20,000 bases of DNA from Vicugna vicugna (lineage: Eukaryota): assembly GCA_013265495.1 (NCBI GenBank), contig MU058824.1, forward strand, positions 5,529,262 through 5,549,261. Direction: 5' to 3'. Of the stretch, positions 11,050 through 20,000 are shown one piece after another; the first letter of the stretch is position 1; each line of letters begins with the position of its first letter. The notes below the pieces were generated by a model, which was not told the origin of the DNA, did not search any database, and saw only the letters and a program-made list of their open reading frames with translations. Made by a program: the position numbers and the translations under genes.

Positions 11050-11850
11050 CGGCAGCAGTTATCTTTTACATATTTACAAAAACATGTTTACTCAGTTTGC
11101 AACACATAAACTAATCATTGAAGCAAAACTCTTAAAAAAAAGAAAAAAAAACAGAAGTCATTCATAATTCTATCACTAGGTGTAAACACTATTAGAGTAT
11201 GTTGTATCTTTTCTGTTATTTTATGCCCACACAGGTAATTGTTTATATTTAAAACAAATTAATGTTATTCACCATATTCTATTTTGTTACTAGTTTTTCG
11301 GATTTAACCATAAATTCTGTTTTCTTACAGCAAAATATTCTTCTACAATGTAACTTTAATACTTGTATCCAGTTTTATTGTTACAACAATGATAACTATT
11401 AATTATGTGATGAGTACTTACTTTATGTTAGAGTCTGTTCTGGGTAGTATAACTAAATTATATAATTTGCTTCCCCCAGATTTCTTTTTTATAAAGTGCT
11501 ATCCCCATTTTACAGATGAGAGAATAGTTCTTAGAGAAGTTAGGTATCTTGCCCAGGATTGAACTAGTCAAGAGTGAAGCTGTCATTCCGACCCTATTAC
11601 ATGTGGCTCCAAAGCCTTGACTTGTTGACTCATTTGTTTTTTATCGGAATGAACTTAAATTATTTCCTGTTCTTGGACATTTAGATTATACCTACTTTTT
11701 CAGTGATTTTATTAAAAAGAAAAAACTGTGATTAACATCCTGATAGAAAAATCTTTGTGCACATATGTGATTATTTTATTTGAATAAATTCCTAGCAGTA
11801 AAATGGTGCAGTTATGAATTATTCCATGACTTTTCATACCTAATTAAAAT
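11050..11850 (-). mobile_element. Very old L1ME-like 3' end, split by a MIR
   Basis: 'ttggacatttagattatacctac...actgtgattaacatcctg...atctttgtgcacat...aataaattcctagcagtaaaat' is a degenerate version of the L1 3' antisense motif also seen at 9630-9750. Confidence 0.55.
11385..11620 (-). mobile_element. MIR SINE
   Basis: Contains the core 'tatccccattttacagatgag...agagaagttaggtatcttgcccagg' and the tRNA-derived end 'ctccaaagcc'. Confidence 0.85.
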
Positions 11851-12804
11851 TTGTCTTATATATATATATTTGGCATTCCCCATCACAACTAACTTAGGGC
11901 TGAGGAGCTGATGTCACACATGAGATCCTGACTCTGGTGGTGGGGATTTCAGCGGAAAGGAAACTGGTAGGCCAATATTTCTGAGCCTTGAAACCACCCC
12001 TTTCTCTGATGTCACAGTTCTTCACTTTGTACAAAGAACCTTCCTTCCCACATACCTTGTCTCCCTGATCAAGCAGTTTGAAGCTGGAACCCTAATTCAG
12101 GGTAGTAGCTTTTAAAAGGAAATAGTTAAACTTGAACAATGACAGTGTTTCCTAACAAATAGCTCTTGTGCTAGCAGTGAAATTTTTACCCAGAGAGCCT
12201 TTTTTGAATCCTCCTGCTACTGAATATTTTCTGTGCACTGTAAGCGGAGGCAGGTAGTAATTTTCTTAAGAATTACTGCACCACATTGGGAGATTACTGA
12301 AGTGAAAATTGTTAGGATTCAACCATACTGATGTTTGAGCTCTGGGGTTCACCTTCCATTACATCCCTCTTAGATTAGAGGCCACTGTAAAAGCCAAAGG
12401 CAGCCTCTGCCCTGTCACTCTTCAAAGTGCAGCATCATAGAAACCAGGCTGCAAGGAACTGTTGGGACTATGGACTCAGCTTTAAATCTCATTCCCAGTA
12501 ATACATGATCTGGGGAATCCTGCTTGGAATTAGAAGAAAATCATGTACTGTTTTAGTTCAAAGTAATTTGGATCAGGATATCTCAAGTAACTCATTTAAA
12601 GGTTTATTTAATAAGAATAACTTACAGATGGATTTAAACTTTATCCTGTTTAACAGATACAGTTTAATTTATATGAATTAATAATGTATGAAAAGGGGCA
12701 CCTTTCTGACAAATTAAGCTTTTTGGATTGAGAACCCTGTCTCCTAGGGTGGGACAAGTGATAAACAACTCCCACTTCAGTGGACACAGAAGAGGTTTAC
12801 TTAC

Positions 12805-12967
12805 TGCTCAGGCTTCATGGCTAAAATAGGCCGGCAGAAGCCTCTGCTGATCCTCAACTCTTGGGATTCATATTTTTTCCAGTTTTAGACAGATAATACA
12901 ACATACATTACCCAATACCTCCAGGGAAATCTGGAGAAGCACCTGATTATCAAACATCCTGCTGTTT
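12805..12967 (-). other. Candidate internal exon (163 nt) of a minus-strand transcript
   Basis: Acceptor 'ctctttacatcttcccacacag|AAAC' and donor 'GCA|gtaagt'. All three frames contain stops over the full length, so it would be UTR or non-coding, or use an internal donor. Confidence 0.3.
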
Positions 12968-14102
12968 CTGTGTGGGAAGATGTAAAGAGTCACAAAAAGT
13001 GAATTATCAGAAAGGAGGGAAAGAGCTTATGGAAATGAAATTATAAGAAAAAGTTCAAACTTGGGAGGGGGAGCAGGAATTGTTTCTGGATCCATCTCAT
13101 TTAAAAAAAAATGTGAACTGAGAAGGCAACAGTTTCCCTAGATGAACTGAAGGCACAAAGAAAACCAGAATGTGTTTAAAGGGAGGTAATTTCCAGCAGC
13201 TCACACCATCTGCAGGCCCACGACTAGAGAGCTCAGGACTGTATTCTGTAGTTTTTGGCACCCAAGAAGCAAGTACCCCATCACCTATGAAGTGAGTTAA
13301 CTTTTTATGAGAGAGGCTTTTACTAACCACAGTGTTCAACTGAGGAAATTTCTGCACCGAGTCAGTGAGCCCCCCACCATGCCATGTTCTTCTGCAGAAA
13401 TGGTTGTTTCTTCTGTCCCAGGGGCCTCTTGGTGGCCCTGTGGGTGGAGGGTGTACCCACCAACATCTGCTCTACAGCACCTGCTCACCCAGAAACAACC
13501 TGAAGTGGAAATGCCTCCCTGAGCGTTTCTCCAACCCCTGGATGTCAGGGAAACTACCCAAAGCTGTGCTTGGGAGCTGATGTCAGTCTGAGGCTCTGAT
13601 CTTGGTGTATGTAGGTATCTTTGGCCAGAGACCTAATGTCCTATAATGGAGGAAAAGGATAATTTTGTTACCTGTCTCTATCAGCGGCCACCAGAAATAC
13701 TCAGTTTGTGATCAGTTTCTAGCAAATGCATATACATGCAGAGACCATTCAGATACAAAATGAGGAATGTGTGCCAGGGGTGTTAAACTGAAGGACTCTA
13801 CGATTGCTGCTTTTTGAAGCTGTAGATAAAATCAGTACCTCTTTTTCTAACACAGTGAAGATAAGGTCTAACACAGTGAAGGCAAAACTGGGAGTTAAAG
13901 GGAAAATACCACACCAGAGTTAGGAAAGGACTTTATTTTGGAGAATGTTTTGAGATGACCTATAAAACAGATCTGTGGATATCAAGACTTTGGTGTCATT
14001 TTGGAAAGCAATTAAATGTGGCTTGAGAAAAGGGAAAAACTAAGCTAAATCATTTATTATTTTTTTATAATTTATTTTTATTTTTATTATTTTGATTCCC
14101 AG

Positions 14103-14263
14103 GGCTTATTGAATGTCAGGCCTATAGCTTATGCAAAAATTGAACTTAGTCTCATTGAATTGAATTTATATAATGGTCGTGTATGTTATCAGTGTGTCAG
14201 AATCCCAGCTGTATCAAGAATTAAGAAAGACTCCAACAAGATGAATGGTATTAAGGTAGTAAG
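14103..14263 (+). other. Candidate plus-strand exon (161 nt, open in frame 0)
   Basis: A long T-rich tract ends in 'ttttgattcccag|' and the donor is 'AAG|gtaaac'. Frame 0 is open throughout (GLLNVRPIAYAKIELSLIELNLYNGRVCYQCVRIPAVSRIKKDSNKMNGIKVV). I recognise no homology. Confidence 0.2.
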
Positions 14264-15494
14264 GTAAACATATTATTGTCACGCTTTAGTATGTATTTTC
14301 ATTTGATCTCAGTATAGGTACTTCACATATGAAACACTACATATAAGGCAATGCACACACATATATTCTAAACAAGTAATTACTGATTGGAATAATCATA
14401 TGAAATCTGTTTACAGACCACTCTAAATGTGTTGCTAGGTATTTGTGGTACAAGAAACCTGAAATGAGTGAATTTGGCATGGGGAATGGCCGAATATGTA
14501 CCTAAAAGGATAAGAAAATAAAAAATTTAGTACAAGCTACATAGAAATCAAATTTTGGAATATGTAAAGACACGTTTCAAATTCTTAGCTTCCTGGTTAA
14601 GCTTTCATTGAATGTACAAGATAGAGAAACAAGTAAACACCAGGAAATCGAATTTTAATTTTTTATTGTACATTTATTTAAGGGGAATTTTAATCCATGC
14701 AAGTGGTTTTCATTTTCCAGAAGAGCTATTTGATTTCTGAGAAGACTCATTATCCATTTTCTTGCCTGCTAAGTCCTAGTTGTTTAGAAATATTAAGTCC
14801 AGTTTCCCACCACGTCAGTGGAACTTGTTACTGAGATTCCAAAATTGTCAGGGTTGGTTGGGAGCCTAAAAGCTTGCACGCTTGACGTGGATCTAAGTTT
14901 GGCGAGAACATTTTATGAAGCAAGGCTGGGTGAATATCATCGGTGCTGGTTCATGTCACAGTTTGAGCTAAAGGAGAACTGTGAAGCCCTTGAAAGCCAC
15001 TGCTCAGAGTGGGTTCATTGATTGGGAAGGTCTTTTTCTGGTACTTCAGACCATGGTTAGTCAGTTGAGATCGGGTAAGCAAATATTTTCTATCACCTTC
15101 TGATCTCAAGAACTGCTTGACAAGGAGGCACCTGCTCTGACCGCTTTAATTTCTGCCCCTTCCTATTGGTGTCTCGTCAACACCAGGTTGCAAGGATCTT
15201 AGATACTCCAGGGTTACAATAGCAAATCGCCTTTGCTGCTGCTGCATTTGATAGCTGTTCAGCTTACTTGTTTCTTGTGTGAATCTTTGGTGTCATTGAA
15301 TCTCTCTTTATAAACCATTTTGTGTCCTGGATTTGAAAAAAATATCCTCTATCCTTCCCCCTTGATTTTTGCTCTAGAGACAATAGAAATATAACTCCCC
15401 CTGCCGCAGCAATCACAGACCTATCTCAGGGACAAAGATAAATGAGAGTTTTATATAAACTAATGTTAAAAGAGAATGACACTGTTTCTCCTAC

Positions 15495-15860
15495 GAACAT
15501 TCTACTTGTTCAGGAAGGATTTCCTGAGCGCCTGCTGTGAATTAAGCCTTGTGCTAGATGTACGGATAGAGCAGTGAGGAAAACAGACAAGGTCCCAGCT
15601 CTGAGAGCGTCTGAAGAGGGGTCTGGGTGTGGGGGCAAAGGATTATCACAGGCAAATAACAAAGAAGGAAGTAAGTAAATCAACAAAATAACTCCAGGAA
15701 GTCATCAGTGAATATAAATATTTTAAAATGTAATGTGTAGGTGTTTACTTCTGGGGAGGCCATTCTTTTCACTGTAACAACGAGAAAGGTGTGGGGAAAT
15801 TTTAAAATCATTTTTTAAAAGACACTGTAGAGTTAATGAAGCATAGAGGTACATGAACTA
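15495..15860 (-). mobile_element. L2 3' fragment
   Basis: 'ttcctgagcgcctgctgtg...ttgtgctagatgtacggatagagcagtgaggaaaacagacaaggtcccagctct' is the antisense L2 3' end pattern. Confidence 0.7.
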
Positions 15861-15879
15861 AACTGCCCTGGAGAAAGAA

Positions 15880-16710
15880 ATCTTTGTTTTGTAAAGGTGA
15901 AATTCAGAAAGCATAAAAGTAAACATTTAAAAATGAACAGTGTGCCGGCATTTAGTACACTTGCAATGTTGTGCCGTCTCTACCTCGTTCCGAAACATTT
16001 TCATCATCTCCAAAGACAATCCCATGGCCATCCAGATACCGTTTCTCATTCTTCTCTTCCCTGCAGCCCCTGGAAGCAACCAGTCTGTGCTCTGTCTCTA
16101 TGGATTTACTTCTTCTGGGTATTTCATATAAATGGAATTATATGTTTGTCTTTTTGTATTTGACTTCTTTGACTTAGCATAATATTTCAAGGTCTACTTG
16201 CACTGTAGTATATATCAGTACTTCATTCTTTTTTAGGGCTGAACTATATTCCATATATATACTACAATTTGTTATCCATTCATTTGTTGATGGATATTTG
16301 GGCTGTTTCCATATTTCAGCTGTTATGAATAGTGCTGCTATGAACACACATGTACATGTATTTGTGTGAGCACCTGTTTTCAATTCCTTTGGCTCTATAC
16401 CTAGGAGTGAAAGTGCTGGTAATCCTATATTAATTTTTTGAGGAACCACCAAACTGTTTTCTACAGTGGCTAAACCATTTTACATTCCTATCAGCCATGT
16501 AGAAGGGTTCCAGTTTCTCCACATCCTCATCATTTGTAATCTCTTGTATTTCTGATAACAGACATCCTAATAGGTGTGAGGTGATATCATTCTGTGGTTT
16601 AGATTTGCTTTTCTCTAAGGTCTAAAGATCTTGCAAATCTTTTCATGTACTTGTTGGCCATTTATATATATCTTTATTCGAGACATGTCTCTTCAAGGCT
16701 TCTGCTCCCT
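15880..16710 (-). mobile_element. L1MB-like 3' end (old L1), host of a younger L1; a short continuation lies at about 17553-17580
   Basis: Has the 3'UTR pattern 'gcatttagtacac...aacattttcatcatctccaaa...cagcccctggaagcaacc'. Minus ORF 16174-16452 (FIAALFITAEIWKQPKYPS..EW) is the ORF2 C-terminus. Confidence 0.85.
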
Positions 16711-17552
16711 TTTTTTTTTTAACAATGTATTAATTTCTGTTGTACAGCATTGTGATTCATCTATATCTACATCTATCTATATATATATATTCCTTTTCAT
16801 ATTCTTTTTCATTATAGGCCATTACAAAGTATTAAATACAGTTCCCTGGACTATACAGTTAGACCTTGTTGTTTATCTATTTTATATATAGTAGTTAATA
16901 TCTACAAATCAAACCCCCAATTTACCCCCCTCCCCCCATCCCTTTCCCCGCTTGGTAACCATAAGTTTGTTTTTTATGTCTGTGAGTCTCTTTCTATTTT
17001 ATAAATAAGTTCATTTGTATCCTTTTTTTTTATATTCCACATGTAAGTTATGTCATATGGTATTTTTCTTTCTTTTTCTGCCTTACCTCACTTAGTATAA
17101 TTTCCAGGTCTATCCATGTTACTGCAAATGGCATTGTTTTATTTTTTTTATGGCTGAGTAGCATTTCATTGTATATGTAACCATAACTTCTTTATCCATT
17201 CATCTGTCAATGGACATTTAGGTTGTTTCCATGTCTTGGCTGTTGTAAATAGTGCTGCTGTGAACATTGGGGTGCAGGTATCTTTTCAAATTAGAATTTC
17301 CTCCAGGTATATGGCCAGGAGTCAGATTGCTGGATCATAGGGTAAGTCTGTTTCCAGTTTTTTAAGGAATTCCCATACTACTTTCCACAATGGCTACACC
17401 AAACTACATTCCCACCAACAGTATAGGAGGGTTCCCTGTTCTCCACACCCTCTCCAGCATTTATCATTTATGGACTTTTACATGATGGCCATTCTGACCA
17501 GTGTGATACCTCATTGTAGTTTTGATTTGCGTGTCTCTGGTATTAGCAATAT
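16711..17552 (-). mobile_element. Younger lineage-specific L1 3' end with poly(A) tail, nested in L1MB
   Basis: Poly-T at 16710-16720 and a full 3'UTR that includes the distal part absent from the 9287 copy. Highly similar to 9300-9950. A degenerate TSD reads tgctccctttttt / tgcccatttttt|aa. Confidence 0.9.
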
Positions 17553-17789
17553 TGCCCATTTTTTAAGTTGAGTTGTTTGAAGAGCACCTTTTGGATAAGC
17601 TGAGGTGTGCATGCTTAGGAGCATTTACCAGGTCTGGGGGCAGGTTGAGCTTGGCATAGGCATAGAAGCTCTAGTGGAAGAAAGAGAAACCAGCAAATAT
17701 TTTTATGTGGAGTGACATTAGGACTAGAATCTAAAGGATGCCTAAGTACTTGGCTGATTTTCTCTGGGTAAAATTTGCTTAGTTCTAAG

Positions 17790-17885
17790 GCATGATGGGA
17801 TGTTGTGGATGTGAGGCTAGACAGGCTGAGTCAAATATCCCACAGTCGCCTGGTCCACTTGCTGGAGAGACCTGATCTCATGCTC
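17790..17885 (-). mobile_element. Probable L2 fragment
   Basis: 'gatgtgaggctagacaggctgagtcaaatatcccacagtcgcctgg' resembles the L2 motif 'gatgaggctggagaggtaggcagg...atcatgcagggcctt'. Confidence 0.35.
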
Positions 17886-17886
17886 A

Positions 17887-19102
17887 TTACTACAAAGCTA
17901 CAGCCATCAAAACAATATGGTACTGGCACAAAAACAGACACATAGATCAATGGAACAGGACAGAAAGTCCAGAAATAAACCCACACATCTGCAGTCAATT
18001 AATCTTCGACAAAGGAGACAAGAATATATAATGAAGAAAAGATAGTCTCTTCAATAAGTGGTGCTGGAAAAGCTGGACAGCTACCTGTAACAGACTGAAA
18101 CTAGAACATTCTCTAACACCATATACAAAGATAAACTCAAAATGGATTAAAGACCTAAATGTGTAAGACCAGATACTATTAAACTCCTAGAGGAAAACAT
18201 AGGCAGAACACTCTTGGACATAAATCACAGCAGTATATTTTTTGAACCAGCTCCTAGAGTAATGGAAATAAAAGTAAGAATAAACAAATGAGATCTAATT
18301 AAACTTAAAAGCTTTTTCCCAGCTAAGGATACCATCAACAAAACAAAAAGACAACCTACAGAATGGGAGAAAATATTTGCAAATAATGCAGCCGACAAGG
18401 GACTAATTTCAAAAATATACAAACAGCTCATATACCTTAATATCAAAAAAAAAGGCAACCCAATCAATAATAGGCAGAAGACCTAAATAGACATCTCTCC
18501 AAAGAAGACATCCAGATGGCCGACAAGCACATGAAAAGATGCTGAACATCACTAATTGTTAGAGAAATGCAGATCAAAACTACAATGAGATATCACCTCA
18601 CACTAGCCAGAATGGCCATCATAAAAAGTCTACAAATGATAAATGCTGGAGAGGATGTGGATTAAAAGGAACCCTCCTACACTGTTGGTGGGAATGTAAA
18701 TTGCTGCAGCTGCTAAGGAGGACAGTTTGGAGGTTCCTTAAAAAAACTAAAAATAGACTTACCATATGATCTGGAAATCTGACTCCTGGGCATATACCTG
18801 AAGAAATGGATAAAGAAGATGTGGCATATATTTACAGTGGAATACTACTCAGCCATAAAAAAGAATGAAATAATGCCATTTGCAGCAGCATGGATGGACC
18901 TGGAGATCATCATCCATGAAGCAAGCCAGAAAGAGAGAGAAAAATGCCATGTGATACTGCTTACTTGTGAAATCTGAAAAAAGAAAAAGGACATAAATGA
19001 ACTTACAAAACAGAAACAGACTCACAGAGATAGAAAACAAACTTACGGCTACCAGGGGACACAGGGAGTGGGAAGGGATAAATTGGGAGTTCAAAAATTG
19101 CA
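17887..19102 (+). mobile_element. Younger L1, ORF2 C-terminal region plus partial 3'UTR, on the + strand
   Basis: Starts at 'tactacaaagctacag...atggtactggcac' (YYKAT...WYWH), passes 'gaatgggagaaaatatttgcaaat' (EWEKIFAN) and ends in the 3'UTR at 'gggaagggataaattgggagttc'. It is the reverse-complement homolog of 9330-10570. Confidence 0.93.
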
Positions 19103-19252
19103 CCTCTTGGGGAGTGATGGAAATGTTAGCTGTCTTGATTGTGGTGGTGGTTTCATGGGTGTGTACATCTATCAAAATTCATCAAATTGTACATCTGAAA
19201 TATATGTAGTTTACTGTATAGGAACCATAACACAATAAAGGTGTTTTAAAAA
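19103..19252 (+). mobile_element. Old L1M (MB/ME-like) extreme 3' terminus
   Basis: 'gggagtgatggaaatgtt...tcttgattgtggtggtggtttcatgggtgt...tcaaaattcatcaaattgtaca...caataaag' is the classic old L1M tail with its poly(A) signal. Confidence 0.8.
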
Positions 19253-19535
19253 CTTATTTTTTAATAATTGTCTACTCATAGGAAGTTACAAAAATAGTCC
19301 ATAGAGTGTCCCATGTACCCTTCAGCTATGTTCTCTTAATCAGTGACATCTTATATAACTGCAGTATAATATCAACATGAGGTAATTAACATTAATACAA
19401 TTCTATTAACCAGATTCCAGATCTTACTCATTTTTCACCATTCTTTATGTGCACTTATCTACTTGTGTGTGTGTGTGGGGGGCGCACACTCAGGTGTATG
19501 TGTAGTTCTACACTGTTTGACCCATGGGTTACTTA
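19253..19535 (-). mobile_element. L1MC-like 3' end, tail-to-tail with the preceding L1
   Basis: 'ataattgt...cccatgtacccttc...gacatctt...tataatatcaac...acattaatacaa...tgtgtgtgtgt...tagttcta' matches the L1MC1/2-type 3'UTR in antisense. Confidence 0.75.
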
Positions 19536-19885
19536 TTTTTTTTTCATCTTTCATAATGTCACTTTTATTAGCTGAGTATCTCATTAGGCGTGGAATTGTA
19601 CACAGTTGAACATGGTACTTATGAAGGTCTAGAGTGTTCCTTTGCTTTGTTATTGATTGAGTATGAATAGTATGTAGTGTTTCCTTGTCAAAACAAAAGG
19701 GAAGCAGACAGGAATGGGGTAGGAATTTCATTTGGCTGCAAGTGAAAAATCTCATATAGTTCCTTAAATATATAGAAACTAATGACTTGTGAAGGGTGGA
19801 GTCTGGTTTAGAACTCCCCTGTGTATAGTGCTTGGCTGTCATACGAATGTGGGCTGCAGCTGTATCTTGAGAAAGTCCATGAGTC

Positions 19886-20000
19886 ATTCCACATATGAGC
19901 GATCTCATGTGGTATTTTTCTTTCTCTTTCTGGCTTACTTCACTTAGAATGACATTCTCTAGGAGCATCCATGTTGCTGCAAATGGCATTATGTTATGTT
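19886..20000 (-). mobile_element. Young L1 3'UTR/ORF2-end fragment (camelid-like), continues past the window end
   Basis: 'attccacatatgagcgatctc...tggcttacttcacttagaatgac...catccatgttgctgcaaatggcatt'. The minus translation MPFAATWMLLENVILSEVSQKEKEKYHM is the canonical L1 peptide next to the ORF2 end. Confidence 0.9.

Noticed and set aside
11908..12016. CTGATGTCAC occurring twice, with a similar motif near 13577
   Set aside because: It could be a CRE-like variant, but a short repeat like this is compatible with chance.
13097..13580. Three overlapping short ORFs in a GC-richer patch
   Set aside because: No recognisable domain or convincing splice boundaries. Their lengths are expected at the higher GC content.
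13846..13881. 15-bp direct repeat TCTAACACAGTGAAG with a 6-bp spacer
   Set aside because: Only two copies, consistent with a local micro-duplication. It is not an array and has no intervening element.
19459..19989. 176-aa minus-strand ORF
   Set aside because: The N-terminus is an L1-derived peptide reading through into unique DNA and an L1MC (CA)n tract, so it is most likely a chance fusion.
1..20000. CRISPR arrays, rRNA/tRNA genes, prokaryotic operons, intact retrotransposon ORFs
   Set aside because: None seen. The sequence is mammalian repeat-rich DNA and all L1 ORFs are fragmented.

Overview
AT-rich, CpG-depleted mammalian genomic DNA, intronic or intergenic in character. The youngest L1 3'UTRs resemble camelid/artiodactyl L1s as I remember them (inference), and I see no Alu, B1, Bov-tA or PRE1 SINEs. 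Roughly half the window is transposon fossil: several L1 fragments of different ages, an MLT1/MaLR LTR still joined to its internal sequence, L2 pieces and a MIR. Most long ORFs in the track are degraded L1 ORF1/ORF2 or their antisense shadows. No complete gene is recognisable. The unique sequence (about 5.5-8.9 kb and 11.9-15.5 kb) has splice signals suggesting the 3' end of a minus-strand transcript: a 22-nt micro-exon at 7049-7070, a terminal exon starting at 5804 with poly(A) signals, and a possible upstream exon at 12805-12967. It also has weaker plus-strand exon candidates and a CRE/ETS/nuclear-receptor motif cluster at 8.3-8.6 kb. The best-supported mechanistic oddity is an L1 at 9287-11010 with a perfect 14-bp TSD but no true 3' end, which suggests internal priming. 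I found no convincing evidence of a novel biological system. The candidate transcript and small ORF are the most promising leads but remain speculative.
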